Shown here piece by piece: positions 47,273 to 57,697 of a stretch of DNA of 64,000 bases. Every line of letters starts with the position of its first letter. The stretch's first letter is position 1. Source of the DNA: Dehalococcoidia bacterium (GTDB lineage Bacteria; Chloroflexota; Dehalococcoidia; UBA6926). A program made the translations under genes and the position numbers. Under the pieces are notes generated by a model, which did no database searches, had not been told where the DNA came from, and saw only the letters and a program-made list of their open reading frames with translations. The DNA is taken from NCBI GenBank assembly GCA_965205915.1, contig OZ242191.1:21410-85409 (forward strand). The letters run 5' to 3'.

Positions 47273-49336
47273 ATGTTGGCAATGGTACGCCGAAGACGAC
47301 GCCTCTACTCCGTTGCTGGAGTCCTCATAGTCCTGGCCGTGGCGTTGGCAGCCGCCGTCCTCTATGCCGGATCAATGAGTCTGAACGGGAATTCGCCACT
47401 GCCGGGCGCGTCTGGAGGCTTGCAGCGAGAGTCTGCTTGGTGGATCCCTCCCCCCGACTTCCCCCCGACTTCGCTGGAGGAGAGGATAGTGCGGAGTGAC
47501 GCCATAGCAAGGGTGACTCTGGTATCCGCGGCCCAGGTGGTGGAGGAAATCTCCGGATGGCCCAACCAAGGAGACACTTCGTACGCAAACGCGCTGGAGT
47601 TCAGGTTCAAGGTACTGGAGCACCTGAAGGGGAGCGGTGGAAGCGAGCTTGTGGCGATAGCAGTTGACTGGTATGAGCATTTTGCAACTAGGGCGGAGGC
47701 GGGCGCAGGCGCAGAAGACTTCCTGGGAGAGAGGGACACAAGGTGGGACGCCCGGGAGGCGATAGTGTTCCTGCATGATGACGAACCGTATCTGCCAAGC
47801 ACCGGGCAAGCGGACAGGTACCTCCTCTGGTTTCTGCGCAACACCTATGGGCAGGAAATCTACACTATAGCCAGCCCCTCCAAGATGTGGCTGCCGGCGG
47901 CGTCTGACAGTCTACCAGTACCAGCTGACCAGGCGAGGGCATCCAGCGGAGGGACGCAGCGCTTCCTTCTTGAGGAGCCGCCTTCGGGGGGCGGGGCAGT
48001 GCTTTCAGGGATGGCGCGGGCCCTGTCGGGTAATCAGGGCGCGTCGCAGGCCGCCACCATCAACCTGGCGGACATGAAGACAAAGATCGCAGAGCTGGAC
48101 GCGGAGGTCGGGGAGGGGGACGGCTCGGAGGAGTACCGGGAGTGCGTCCGGTTCAAGTACGAGTGGGAGAACTGGGTAAGCCTAACCAAGGAAGAACGCG
48201 CCGCCGAGGGCGAAGGCGGCTACGACTACGATCGGTACGACCATGCACTGGCGTCCGGGCAGGCGGCGGGCAGCTTGTTCCACACCTACGAGCTCTGGCA
48301 CATCTGGGTGATTGACTATGGCGAGACCATCCCCAGCAAGTATGCGAGCATGTTCCAGCTGGACGGGCAGGACGAGGGTCTATTCGTCGTGGAGTACCCC
48401 GGCGAGGTGTCCCCGGCACGTCCACTTCCGGCGGGGGAGTACAGGTTCTACTTCATCCGCATGGAGAAGGGGCTCGTCGTCTGCGACGGACTGCCGGAGG
48501 AGGAGCGGACGAGCAAGGAGCACTTCGTGACCGTCACCGCTCCCACCGGCACGCTCCACGAATCCTTCTTTGATCCGGTGGACCTGACAGGTGGAGGCGC
48601 TGGCGCGACGGGATCCTCCGGGGCCATCGACCCGGATGAGTTCACCGTCGGCAGCGACGACTATGAGATTGAGAGCCTCGTGTGGCGGAGCGGGTCCGTC
48701 GTCCTGACGCTGGATGATTATGTGTCGCTGAGCGGGCAGACGCTGGATTTTATTGAGTTGGATGGTTCTATCGATACCTCGTTGGATGTCTCCGACGCTT
48801 CGGTCAATCAGACGGCCGCCACTTGGACGTGGAGCGTCACCGGCGCGCCATGGGAAGACGGCGATCAGTTGATGCTGCGCATCCGCGACACGAGCACGGG
48901 GCCCACAGTCGTGACACCAACGCCAACACCCACACCCACGCCGACGCCGGGACCAACCGTGACGCCGGGACCAACCGCGACGCCCACACCCACGCCGACG
49001 CCCACGCCGACTCCAACTCCCACTGCCACTCCGAATCCCGCCAGAGGGAACCCCTCAGTCGGCGATGTGACCGGAACCGGTGTCCGCGTGAGTTGGGACA
49101 GGGTGAGGCCGTCCGGCACGTACCTGCAGGACGTCCGCGGCAACTACCGGCTCGCAGACACAACAGACTAGTCGTTCGGCGCGTATATCGACGTCAGTAC
49201 GTGGGGCACTCGGAGGCAGGAAGCGACGGTGTCCGGCCTCACGTGCGAGACGAATTACGACTTCCAGATCGAAGCGGAGTACTCGGACAGCTGGCACGAC
49301 TACGCCAGCGTCAGCGCAACCACCGGAGGATGCTGA
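47273..49336 (+). pseudogene. Paralog B of the secreted-protein family (signal anchor + N-module + shared C-module + PT linker + FN3-like tail) with an in-frame TAG at 49169-49171 inside the FN3-like tail
   Basis: AGGAGG 7 nt before ATG. MLAMVRRRRRLYSVAGVLIVLAVALAAAVLYAGS. ...[78 protein letters not shown] continues in frame to TGA at 49334. The track ORF ends at 49171. Confidence 0.65.
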
Positions 49337-49417
49337 TAGGGAACCACAAACTGAAAGGGCGCGGGAGAGCCGTTCGCCCTTCGACAGGCTCAGGGGAACG
49401 GAGGAGGGACTCCCGAT

Positions 49418-49530
49418 GGATTCCGGCTTTCGCCGGAATGAGGGGGATGCGTTACGCGGTCTGGTTTGCCAATGAGGGGTAGATTCTGGCCGTCCGTGCC
49501 AGAATGACGGGGGTGTTGGGCGGGGGGATG
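49418..49530. repeat. Two hairpin-repeat variants (ccggctttcgccgg and ctggccgtccgtgccag stems)
   Basis: ggattccggctttcgccggaatgagggggatgcgttacgcggtctggtttgccaatgaggggtagattctggccgtccgtgccagaatgacggggg. The 3' half matches 42735-42790. Confidence 0.85.
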
Positions 49531-49537
49531 ATGGCCC

Positions 49538-51949
49538 TTAGCGGATTGCTCCTGAGTTTTGGCCTGACTCGTATTCTTCTTGGGTTAGGTTTAGGAGGTT
49601 TTTGAAGACGTAATCGTTGTGGGCGCCTATCCAGGGTGGGGGGCCGTCTCCGTGGGCTTCTGAGAGGGATGGGATGCCGGGGAGGCCCTGGTGGGAGAGA
49701 TCGCCCCATGGGGGCTCGTGGACATCGACGACGTGGCCTCGGGCGCGGTAATGGACGTCTGAGTAGAGGTCTTCGCCGGTGTATTTTGCGCCGGCGGGAA
49801 TGCCGTTCTTCTGGAGGATGCGCATGGCCTGTCGCTTGGTGTAGCCTCGCGTCCATTCGCTGATCTGGGCGTCGATCTCCTCCTTGCTAGCCATGCGGCC
49901 GGAGTGGGTGGAGTAGATGGGGTCTTGCGCCCAGGTGGGGGCGCCCATCGCCTCGATGAATCCCCGCCACTCCTCGTTGGTCCGGACGGAGATAACGACC
50001 CATTCATCGTCGCCCTTGCAAGGGTATGCGCCGTAGGGGGCGTATTGACGGCCAAGGACTTCGTCGTAGCCCATCGCTTCCCATTCGTTGCCGTTGAATG
50101 TTGAGTCGAGGATGGCGGGGCCCATGATCGCGCCCTGCGCCTCGACTTGTGCGAGCTCGATGAACTGTCCCTTGCCGGTGAGATCGCGGTATTCAAGCGC
50201 GGCGATGGACGAGAGGGCGACGAGGCTCGCGCCGAGATAGTCGGGGATGACGAGTTTGCCGTGCGCGGCCATGTCGGATTCCTTGAACCCCCACATGTAG
50301 GAGAGGCCAGTGTAGGCGACGAGCTGGTTGCCCCACGTGACCCACGAGGTGAGGGGGCCATCGAGGCCCATGCCGGGCGCGGTGATCTGGATTGCGCCGG
50401 GGTTTATTTCATGGGTGTGTTCCCAGCCGAATCCGAGGCGGTCGATAACGCGGGGGGAGAAGTTGTCGATGAGGACATCGCTCTTCGCGAGAAGGGCGTC
50501 CATGAGTTCCTTGCCGTCCTCGTGTCGGAGATCGATGGTGGCGCTGAGCTTGTTGCGGTTCATGTCAGGGTAGAGGGGGCTGTTGGCCTCACGGTTGGCA
50601 ACGAGCAACTCGGACTCGACCTTGATGACTTCCGCGCCGTAGAAGCCGAGGAACATCGTGCCAATAGGGCCCGCAAAGAAGCGCGTGAGGTCCGCGACGC
50701 GCATGCCGGTGAGCAGGGCATCGTCCTGCTGGTGGCCGTTGCGTGAGGCGGAGGCGGCGACGGGTTGGCGGCCGTTTTGCGCTTCGGTCAGGATTTCGTC
50801 CTGGTGCTGACCGAGAGTGGGGGAGTGCCGCCACGCTCGCATCGGCGTCTCATACATCTTGAAGAGGAAGCCGGGCGCGCGGTATGGGCCGATGATGGGG
50901 TGCTCAAGGTTTTGTATCCATTGGCGATGGGTGAGTTGGGGGCCGGTGAGGAAATCGCCGGGGCTGTTGACGGGGGCGCAGGGGAGGCCGCGGCGCTGGC
51001 ATTCCTCAACGAACTGGTCGGCGTCGAACTGTTCGATGAAGGACTGGAAGATGGCGTTGATGACATCGTCGTTCGCGCCACGGTATTCCTGATCGTCCCA
51101 TTCCGGCTCGGAGAGCACGGCGTCCTCCATCCACTCGCGCGTGATGATGTGCCAGTGGGGAAGGATGTAGATGGAGAGATAGACGTGGCGGCCATCCTTG
51201 CATCGGAAGATGTTGGAGCCGCCACCCTGGGGCTTGGCGCCGTTGCGTTCGACGATTTCGCCGCGCTGTGTGTAGCGCGCGATGGCGCTGGAGCCCATGT
51301 AGGTTGTTGCTTCCGCGATTGAAAGGTCGATGCGCTGGCCTGCGCCGGAGAGGCGGGCATGGCGGATTCCGCCGAGGGTTAGATAGGCGGCGTGGACGGA
51401 TGCTACCTGATAGGTCTGGTGGGCGGGCGTGACGACGGGTGGCATTTTGTCGTCGCCGTGGGCGCTCATGAAACCGGAGAGGGCCTCGATGACAGCGGCG
51501 CCGGCCTTGTAGTCGGAGTAGGGGCCCCATTGGCCGAACGGGGTCATGGATGTAGTGACGAGGTGGGGGTTGCGCTTGAGGAGCGCCTCTTGTGTCAGGC
51601 CGAGGGATTCGAGCGTGCCGGGCGGGGTAGCCTCAATGAAGGCGTCCGCGCCTGCGAGCAGGTCGGCGAATGTTTGGCGGTCCGCATCGGAGTCGGTGAT
51701 GTCCAGGACGATGGAGCGTTTGTTGAGGTTGGCGTTGATGAATGCGAGGCTGCGCTCAGGGTCCTGAATGTTGCCGGCAAAGGGCGCGAGATGGCGGTTG
51801 GGGTCGCCGCCGGGGGGTTCGACCTTGATGACGTCCGCGCCCAAATCACCGAGCCATCGGGCGGCGTATGAGGCGGGAATATCGCCGTACTCGATGATCC
51901 TTAGGTGGCTGAGCGCACCTTGTTGGTTTGATTCATTGTCCGTCGTCAT
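49538..51949 (-). CDS. Tandem-fused (two-domain) CoA-transferase family III protein (CaiB/BaiF-like)
   Basis: MTTDNESNQQGALSHLRIIEYGDIPASYAARWLGDLGADVIKVEPPGG... and a second repeat ...LTGMRVADLTRFFAGPIGTMFLGFYGAEVIKVES... About 800 aa. Confidence 0.85.
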   Translation of the reverse strand: MTTDNESNQQGALSHLRIIEYGDIPASYAARWLGDLGADVIKVEPPGGDPNRHLAPFAGNIQDPERSLAFINANLNKRSIVLDITDSDADRQTFADLLAGADAFIEATPPGTLESLGLTQEALLKRNPHLVTTSMTPFGQWGPYSDYKAGAAVIEALSGFMSAHGDDKMPPVVTPAHQTYQVASVHAAYLTLGGIRHARLSGAGQRIDLSIAEATTYMGSSAIARYTQRGEIVERNGAKPQGGGSNIFRCKDGRHVYLSIYILPHWHIITREWMEDAVLSEPEWDDQEYRGANDDVINAIFQSFIEQFDADQFVEECQRRGLPCAPVNSPGDFLTGPQLTHRQWIQNLEHPIIGPYRAPGFLFKMYETPMRAWRHSPTLGQHQDEILTEAQNGRQPVAASASRNGHQQDDALLTGMRVADLTRFFAGPIGTMFLGFYGAEVIKVESELLVANREANSPLYPDMNRNKLSATIDLRHEDGKELMDALLAKSDVLIDNFSPRVIDRLGFGWEHTHEINPGAIQITAPGMGLDGPLTSWVTWGNQLVAYTGLSYMWGFKESDMAAHGKLVIPDYLGASLVALSSIAALEYRDLTGKGQFIELAQVEAQGAIMGPAILDSTFNGNEWEAMGYDEVLGRQYAPYGAYPCKGDDEWVVISVRTNEEWRGFIEAMGAPTWAQDPIYSTHSGRMASKEEIDAQISEWTRGYTKRQAMRILQKNGIPAGAKYTGEDLYSDVHYRARGHVVDVHEPPWGDLSHQGLPGIPSLSEAHGDGPPPWIGAHNDYVFKNLLNLTQEEYESGQNSGAIR

Positions 51950-52108
51950 GTCCCCACACCCCCACACACGATTGTACGCGGTTCACGCCTACATCCGCAC
52001 GCAACAATCTACGACGGGGTGGCGGGCCGGATTAGGAGGTGGGGGGGATTACATGCACTTACGTGGGCCCTCTGTGTCCGCGCTGCGGCTCTGTTTGTAC
52101 GCGAACGC

Positions 52109-52136
52109 TTGACGGGCTAAAGCATAAGGTTAGACT
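52109..52136 (+). promoter_or_regulatory. Sigma70-like promoter (TTGACG - 16 nt - TAGACT) driving paralog C; duplicated at 59370-59397
   Basis: cttgacgggctaaagcataaggttagactgggcgg. GGAGGA lies 10 nt before the ATG at 52184. An identical hexamer pair plus leader recurs upstream of 59445. Confidence 0.45.
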
Positions 52137-52183
52137 GGGCGGCAGCGGCGTGGGTACGGACTACCCGGAGGATCCGAGGTTCG

Positions 52184-53809
52184 ATGAGCAGAGTAAGAGC
52201 GCTGATCGGTTTTCGGCGTTTCCGCATTGGTCTTGGCGTTCTGGGCGCCGTGGGTATTGCCAGCGCCGGTGTTCTCATGTGGGCCTTTTCCTCCGGGTTT
52301 GCGGGCGATTTCGAGCGGAGTGTGCTTTCTGATTTGAGTCCATTTGGCGAGCGTCGGCCCCTGTCGATAAGCCGTCCGTACGATGACGCGCCCGGTTGGA
52401 CGGCGTCTCTTGAGCAGAAGGTTGTCGGATCAGATGTCATAGCTCGCGCGCGATTCGTGTCGGCGACGCGTTCGAGTATAAATATCGTTACTACGTACGG
52501 AGGAATACTTAACGAACCGGTTTCCTACCACATTGCGGCCATGGAGCTGCGCTTTGAGATACTCGAACATCTGAAGGGATCAGGGCCAAGCGAAGTTGTT
52601 GCAATTGTGTGGGAGGATTTTGCGGAGCGCTTCCAAACGGCCCAAGGAGCGCGCCTGTTCGGCACGAATATTGTGGCTGCCAGGAATGCGACCTGGGACT
52701 CTCGGGAGGCTATTGTTTTCCTCACAGACATACCTAGCAACGTGCCTTCCCTCAGGTCGCGGGCGGATTACTACACGTTAGGAAGGCATACATCCTACGC
52801 CATCGATACTCTGGGCGGCAGACGTTGGCTTCCCGATGCCGATGCAGGGTCAACGACAGGCTCACAGGCGCGCAGTTCCAGAGCGGACGCTCAGAGATTC
52901 CTGCTCGAAGCTCCTGCCCAAAGCGATTCGTCTGTCACCAGGAGCAGCAGCTCGCAGGCCACCGGCACGACGCCGACAATCACATTGGGGACATTGAAGC
53001 AGAAGATCACTGAAATGCAGGCTGAGGTAGACGAGGGGGATGGCACAGAAGCATATCGAAATTGCGTGTACCTGAAGTATGCCCGCGCTTCGTATGTCGC
53101 ATATGTGAAGGAAAACAACGACGGGCAATTCCATCAAGGCCAAGATTTCGCGGAGATTGCATCCGGCATGGCGTCCGGCACAGAAGTTGCCGAAGATTAT
53201 GAAGCATCGTCAACCTTGTCCGCGTTCGGGCCCATTCAGCCGCCGGAATTGCCCACCGGCGTCTTTCAGCTCTTCGGCAGAGATGTTGGGCTGTTTGACT
53301 ATCGCTATCCCGGGTTCGTCTATCTGGAGCGTCCGCTACCGGATGGAGAATATAGGGTGTTCTGGGGCGGCGTACTGCCGGAATACTTGCCGTGCGATGC
53401 ACTTCCACAGGAAGAAAAGGAACGCCATGAACTCGTAGTCACCGTCACCGCCCCCGCTGGCACGCTCCATGAGGCTTTCTTTGATCCGGTAGACCTGAGT
53501 GGCTCACGAGTCGGGGCGACGGGTTCATCCGGCGTCATTGATCCTGATGAATTCACTGTTGCTGGTGACGATTATGAGATCGAGAGCCTTGTCTGGCGGA
53601 GCAATTCCGTTGTCCTGACGCTGGATGACCATGTCTCGCTGTCCGGGCAGACGCTGGACTTCATTGAGTTGGACGGCTCCATTGATACATCGCTGGATAT
53701 CGCCGATGCGACGGTTAATCAGACGGCCGCCACATGGACGTGGAGCGTTGATTCTCAGTCCTGGGAGGATGGGGATCTGTTGATGGTGCGGATTCGGGAG
53801 ACGGGCTAG
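52184..53809 (+). CDS. Paralog C of the secreted-protein family (signal anchor + N-module + shared C-module); the PT-linker tail is cut off by a stop
   Basis: MSRVRALIGFRRFRIGLGVLGAVGIASAGVLMWAFSSGFAGDFERSVLSDL...VTVTAPAGTLHEAFFDPVDLSGSRVGATGSSGVIDPDEFTV...WEDGDLLMVRIRETG*. A PT-linker remnant (IVLATATPISSATPTPTPAPR) continues in frame at 53810-53884. Confidence 0.7.
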   Translation: MSRVRALIGFRRFRIGLGVLGAVGIASAGVLMWAFSSGFAGDFERSVLSDLSPFGERRPLSISRPYDDAPGWTASLEQKVVGSDVIARARFVSATRSSINIVTTYGGILNEPVSYHIAAMELRFEILEHLKGSGPSEVVAIVWEDFAERFQTAQGARLFGTNIVAARNATWDSREAIVFLTDIPSNVPSLRSRADYYTLGRHTSYAIDTLGGRRWLPDADAGSTTGSQARSSRADAQRFLLEAPAQSDSSVTRSSSSQATGTTPTITLGTLKQKITEMQAEVDEGDGTEAYRNCVYLKYARASYVAYVKENNDGQFHQGQDFAEIASGMASGTEVAEDYEASSTLSAFGPIQPPELPTGVFQLFGRDVGLFDYRYPGFVYLERPLPDGEYRVFWGGVLPEYLPCDALPQEEKERHELVVTVTAPAGTLHEAFFDPVDLSGSRVGATGSSGVIDPDEFTVAGDDYEIESLVWRSNSVVLTLDDHVSLSGQTLDFIELDGSIDTSLDIADATVNQTAATWTWSVDSQSWEDGDLLMVRIRETG

Positions 53810-53926
53810 GATCCGATCATCGTGCTTGCGACCGCCACACCGATTTCGTCCGCGACACCAACGCCAACACCTGCCCCACGCTGATTGAGCGGCGATGGCT
53901 AAGTAATGGTGAGGGTGGGTATTGAA

Positions 53927-55747
53927 ATGCTGAGAGGAAGAATTGCACAGGCTAAACGGGCTTGGCTGGTCTTGACCCCAGTGGCCCTATGTGCCGTGGG
54001 CATGACGTGGCTGCTAATCTGGGCCTTTTCCTCCGGTTTTGCGGCCGACTTCGAGCGGAGTGTGCTTTCAGACTTCAATCCATTCGATGACGACCCGGCC
54101 ATTATGGGGGCTAGTGAGCCCGGAGGCACGGCGTCGTTGGAGGAAATCATCGTTGGATCGGACGTTATCGCCCGCGCGCGCTTCGTATCAGCAAGTCGTG
54201 CAAGTCTGAATATCGTAATGACACTTCCTAACGCAGACCGGACCGTTGTTTCCTATTACATACCCGCTATGGAATACCGATTTAGGATGCTCGAATATTT
54301 GAAGGGGTCTGGTCCTAACGAGGTAGTAGCTATCGTATATGAGCGCAGGGGGGAGACCTTCCAAACGGCGGAGGGCGCCAGGCTGTTGGGAACCAATCTG
54401 GTGGCAGAGCGAGACACAACTTGGGATTCTCGAGAGGCGGTTGTGTTCTTGGAAGACTTATCAGCCATTCCTGGCTTTGTTGCCCCTGCGGACCGCTACT
54501 CGTTGGGATCAGAGATTGCCCACGCGATTGATAGCCCGCATGCGAAGAGTTGGCTGCCTACTGCCGATGCGCCGTCGCAAACCGAGACCAGAACGACGGG
54601 GACGAATGCGGATAGTAAGAAATACCTCTTGGACGCCCCGACCGGGTTTTCGTCGTCTGCGACAACACGCAGCCTGCCGACGACGATTACAAATGCGCCA
54701 ACAATCGCACTTGGAAAACTGAAGCAGAAGATAACAGATTTGCAGGCGGAGGTTGACGCGGGTGATGGCTCAGAAGAGTACAGAGAATGTGTGTATTGGA
54801 AATACGCCCTTGCTAACCAGGTCGAGCATGTCAAAGAAGAGCGGGGAGGTGACTACTATCAATATCGTGACGAAGCGCACATCGAGTCGGGCCTGCCGTC
54901 CGCTGCCGAGGTTGCCAAGGACAGGCAATACGAAATACTTTTGGATAGCTTCGGACCAGACGGCGGAAGCCAAAACTACAACCTCTATGGTGACGATGCA
55001 AACCTGTTTGTTTACACATATCCAGGTCTGGTAACGCTGGCTCGACCATTGCCTGAGTCAGAATTCAGTGTATTTCTCAATGTCACGTCATTGCGTTACA
55101 TGCCTTGCGACGCTGAACCTCAAGAGGAAAAGGAACGCGCAGAACTTGTCGTCACCGTCACCGCCCCCACCGGCACGCTGCATGAGGCTTTCTTTGATCC
55201 GGTAGACCTGAGTGGCTCACGAGTCGGGGCGACGGGTTCATCCGGGGTGATTGATCTTGACGAGTTCACTGTCGGGGGGGATGACGTCGAGATTGATGGC
55301 CTGGAGTGGCGGAGCGGGTCCGTGGTGCTGGAGTTGGATGATTATGTGTCGCTTTCCGGGCAAGCGCTGGACTTCATTGAGCTGGACGGCTCCATTGACA
55401 CTTCGCTGGACATCGCGGACGCGACGGTGAACCAGACGGCCGCAACATGGACATGGAGCGTCACCGGCGCGCCGTGGGAGGATGGCGATCTGCTGATGCT
55501 GCGCATCCGCGACACGAGTACGGGGCCCACTGTCGTGACACCCACGCCGACGCCGGTGCCAACCGTGACGCCGGTACCCACGCCAACGCCGGTGCCCACG
55601 GTGGAGCCGACTGTGGAGCCTACACCGGATCCCGACAGAGGGAACCCCTCAGTCGGCGATGTGACCGGAACCGGTTCAGCGCAGCCTGTACAAGTACTTG
55701 CCCGCCGTAATAATGCACGAATTCGGGCACACACTAGGCCTACATGA
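53927..55747 (+). CDS. Paralog D of the secreted-protein family; its C-terminal tail is fused out of frame to a metallopeptidase gene remnant
   Basis: MLRGRIAQAKRAWLVLTPVALCAVGMTWLLIWAFSSGFAADFERSVLSDF...VTVTAPTGTLHEAFFDPVDLSGSRVGATGSSGVIDLDEFTV...[21 protein letters not shown]...[12 protein letters not shown], then an unrelated SAQPVQVLARRNNARIRAHTRPT*. Confidence 0.7.
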   Translation: MLRGRIAQAKRAWLVLTPVALCAVGMTWLLIWAFSSGFAADFERSVLSDFNPFDDDPAIMGASEPGGTASLEEIIVGSDVIARARFVSASRASLNIVMTLPNADRTVVSYYIPAMEYRFRMLEYLKGSGPNEVVAIVYERRGETFQTAEGARLLGTNLVAERDTTWDSREAVVFLEDLSAIPGFVAPADRYSLGSEIAHAIDSPHAKSWLPTADAPSQTETRTTGTNADSKKYLLDAPTGFSSSATTRSLPTTITNAPTIALGKLKQKITDLQAEVDAGDGSEEYRECVYWKYALANQVEHVKEERGGDYYQYRDEAHIESGLPSAAEVAKDRQYEILLDSFGPDGGSQNYNLYGDDANLFVYTYPGLVTLARPLPESEFSVFLNVTSLRYMPCDAEPQEEKERAELVVTVTAPTGTLHEAFFDPVDLSGSRVGATGSSGVIDLDEFTVGGDDVEIDGLEWRSGSVVLELDDYVSLSGQALDFIELDGSIDTSLDIADATVNQTAATWTWSVTGAPWEDGDLLMLRIRDTSTGPTVVTPTPTPVPTVTPVPTPTPVPTVEPTVEPTPDPDRGNPSVGDVTGTGSAQPVQVLARRNNARIRAHTRPT

Positions 55748-55865
55748 TTTCTATAGCGATCCTTCGATGAATCATTTGTCCGCCGTGATGAATAAGAGCA
55801 CAACCATAGAGGACGAGGATCTAGCCCAACTGCGGGCGATTTACCTCCTTCATGACGCGCATTAG
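55713..55865 (+). pseudogene. Fossil 3' fragment of a snapalysin-like metallopeptidase gene (MHEFGHTLGLHDFYSDPSMNHLSAVMNKSTTIEDEDLAQLRAIYLLHDAH*)
   Basis: HEFGHTLGLHD = HEXXHXXGXXD catalytic motif, in a different frame from paralog D. The reading frame is closed by TGA about 45 nt upstream. Its stop overlaps the ATG of paralog E, exactly as the 45099 gene stop overlaps paralog B. Confidence 0.5.
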
Positions 55866-57447
55866 GAAGCGAGGCTCGACGATGATCCGCGCGATGCTAC
55901 TCATTCTGATGGTGATCCTCATGGCGGGTTGCGGCTTATTCTCGGCCGCCGCGCCGGCCGAGACCCCGGTTCCGCCTGAACAGGCCCAGACAATTGTCAT
56001 GTCACCTGCCCCAGAGCCACAGCGCGGTGAATTCTCGCTCGAGGAGAGGATCCTCAATGCCACCCAAATTGTGAGGGCGACGATGACTTCGTTCTCGTCG
56101 GAGGTTGTTTCAGACGCGGAAGGAAGGTACCGTGCCGTGCTGAAGTTCAGCTTCAGCGCCAGCGAATATCTGAAAGGCTCCGGCCCCACCAGCGTTGTCG
56201 CAGTGGCGGTTGACGGTCGATCCTACGACACCCGCGCGGAGGCTGAAGCCAGGAAGACGGTCATCCTAAATGAACGGGACGATCAATGGGACGATAGGGA
56301 GGCGATCATCTTCCTGTTTAGTGGCTTCACCGGATTGGGGTCTGCGCTGGACGCACAGTTTCAGCGCGCCGATCACTTCCTCTTGGCAATTGGGAACCGA
56401 TATTCCGGCGATGACCGGTACAACCTACACAGTACCGAGAGCAAAACCTGGCTGCCCGCCGCCACGAGTGGGAGTTCTGCCTCGGGCGCGAGATCCGTTA
56501 GCAAAGACCAGGAGTACCTGTTGGATGTTCCGTCTCAGGAAGGAGCCAGAGGGGTGGGGGCAAGTTCTACCACGTCGACGATCGCCCTCAGCACTCTGAA
56601 GACACGCATTAGAGAGCTGACGACCGAGTTGAACGGCGGCAGCTCGGAGGCGTACAAGCAGTGCGTCAGGGAGAAGTACGAATTCGAACGGATGGGTCGC
56701 TACTGGCAGGATCTGAAAGGCAGGAAGGGGTATGACAACCGGCCCACTGCGAGCGAATTGATGTCCGGCCAGCCTGCCAACACTGAGTTATATGCGTGGC
56801 TGGCAGAGGGCTGGTATCCCGACCAGACGGGGAGAGGATGGCTTGAAGGAAGAGACGCCGCCTTGTTTGCAGTTGTGCTGGGCGAGTTAATTGCGGTCGA
56901 CGTCGATGGCGATGGGAGGATTACTTCCGGCATTGATGGGATTGAATACACGAAAACACTCGCGACGGCCCGCCCTCTCGCAGCTGGTGAATACAAAACT
57001 GTCCGCAAGGATGTGTGGGCTGTATTTCTGCCTTGTAACTACGTCCTCAGCAACGACTGGACGATCACCGTCACCGCCCCCGCTGGCACCCTCCACGAAT
57101 CGTTCTTTGATCCGGTGGTGTTGAGTGGGGGAGGCGTCGGGGCGACGGGATCGTCCGGGGTGATTGATCCTGACGAGTTCACTGTCGGGGGGGATGACGT
57201 CGAGATTGATGGCCTGGAGTGGCGGAGCGGCTCCGTCGTGCTGGAGTTGGATGATTATGTGTCGCTTTCGGGGCAAGCGCTGGACTTCATTGAGTTGGAC
57301 GGTTCCATTGACACGACTCTGGATGTCTCCGACGCTACGGTCAATCAGACGGCCGCGACGTGGACGTGGAGTGTTGATTCTCAGCCCTGGGTGGATGGCG
57401 ATTTGTTGATGGTGCGGATTCGGGAGACGGATACGGCGTCGGAGTAG
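55852..57447 (+). CDS. Paralog E of the secreted-protein family (lipoprotein)
   Basis: Lipobox LMVILMAGC. N-module ...LEERILNATQIVRATMTSFS...LKGSGPTSVVAVAVDG...ERDDQWDDREAIIFLF. Shared C-module ITVTAPAGTLHESFFDPVVLSGGGVGATGSSGVIDPDEFTVGGDDVEIDGLEWRSGSVVLELDD...RIRETDTASE*. Confidence 0.7.
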   Translation: MTRIRKRGSTMIRAMLLILMVILMAGCGLFSAAAPAETPVPPEQAQTIVMSPAPEPQRGEFSLEERILNATQIVRATMTSFSSEVVSDAEGRYRAVLKFSFSASEYLKGSGPTSVVAVAVDGRSYDTRAEAEARKTVILNERDDQWDDREAIIFLFSGFTGLGSALDAQFQRADHFLLAIGNRYSGDDRYNLHSTESKTWLPAATSGSSASGARSVSKDQEYLLDVPSQEGARGVGASSTTSTIALSTLKTRIRELTTELNGGSSEAYKQCVREKYEFERMGRYWQDLKGRKGYDNRPTASELMSGQPANTELYAWLAEGWYPDQTGRGWLEGRDAALFAVVLGELIAVDVDGDGRITSGIDGIEYTKTLATARPLAAGEYKTVRKDVWAVFLPCNYVLSNDWTITVTAPAGTLHESFFDPVVLSGGGVGATGSSGVIDPDEFTVGGDDVEIDGLEWRSGSVVLELDDYVSLSGQALDFIELDGSIDTTLDVSDATVNQTAATWTWSVDSQPWVDGDLLMVRIRETDTASE

Positions 57448-57545
57448 GGGCGGGAATATCGCCGTACTCGATGATTCTCAGGTGGCTGAGCGCGCCATCC
57501 TGATCGTTTCCGGAATTGCCATTGTTAGGAGCAGTCGTCATTGTG
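57441..57545 (-). pseudogene. Duplicated 5' fragment of the CoA-transferase gene (MTTAPNNGNSGNDQDGALSHLRIIEYGDIPA...)
   Basis: gggcgggaatatcgccgtactcgatgattctcaggtggctgagcgcgcc... closely matches 51871-51950 (start of the 49538..51949 gene), then diverges. Confidence 0.5.
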
Positions 57546-57697
57546 CGTCCTCCAACCGTTTCACTTTGTGATTGTACGTGGTTCAGGGGGAGGTTGGTGA
57601 GCAACCACGTTGTGAGTATCGTTGTGTCTGTAAGTCATTTACCCTAACAGTCATGGCTGTGACGAAGAATGCACGGGGATTTGAGGGGGGTTGGCGG

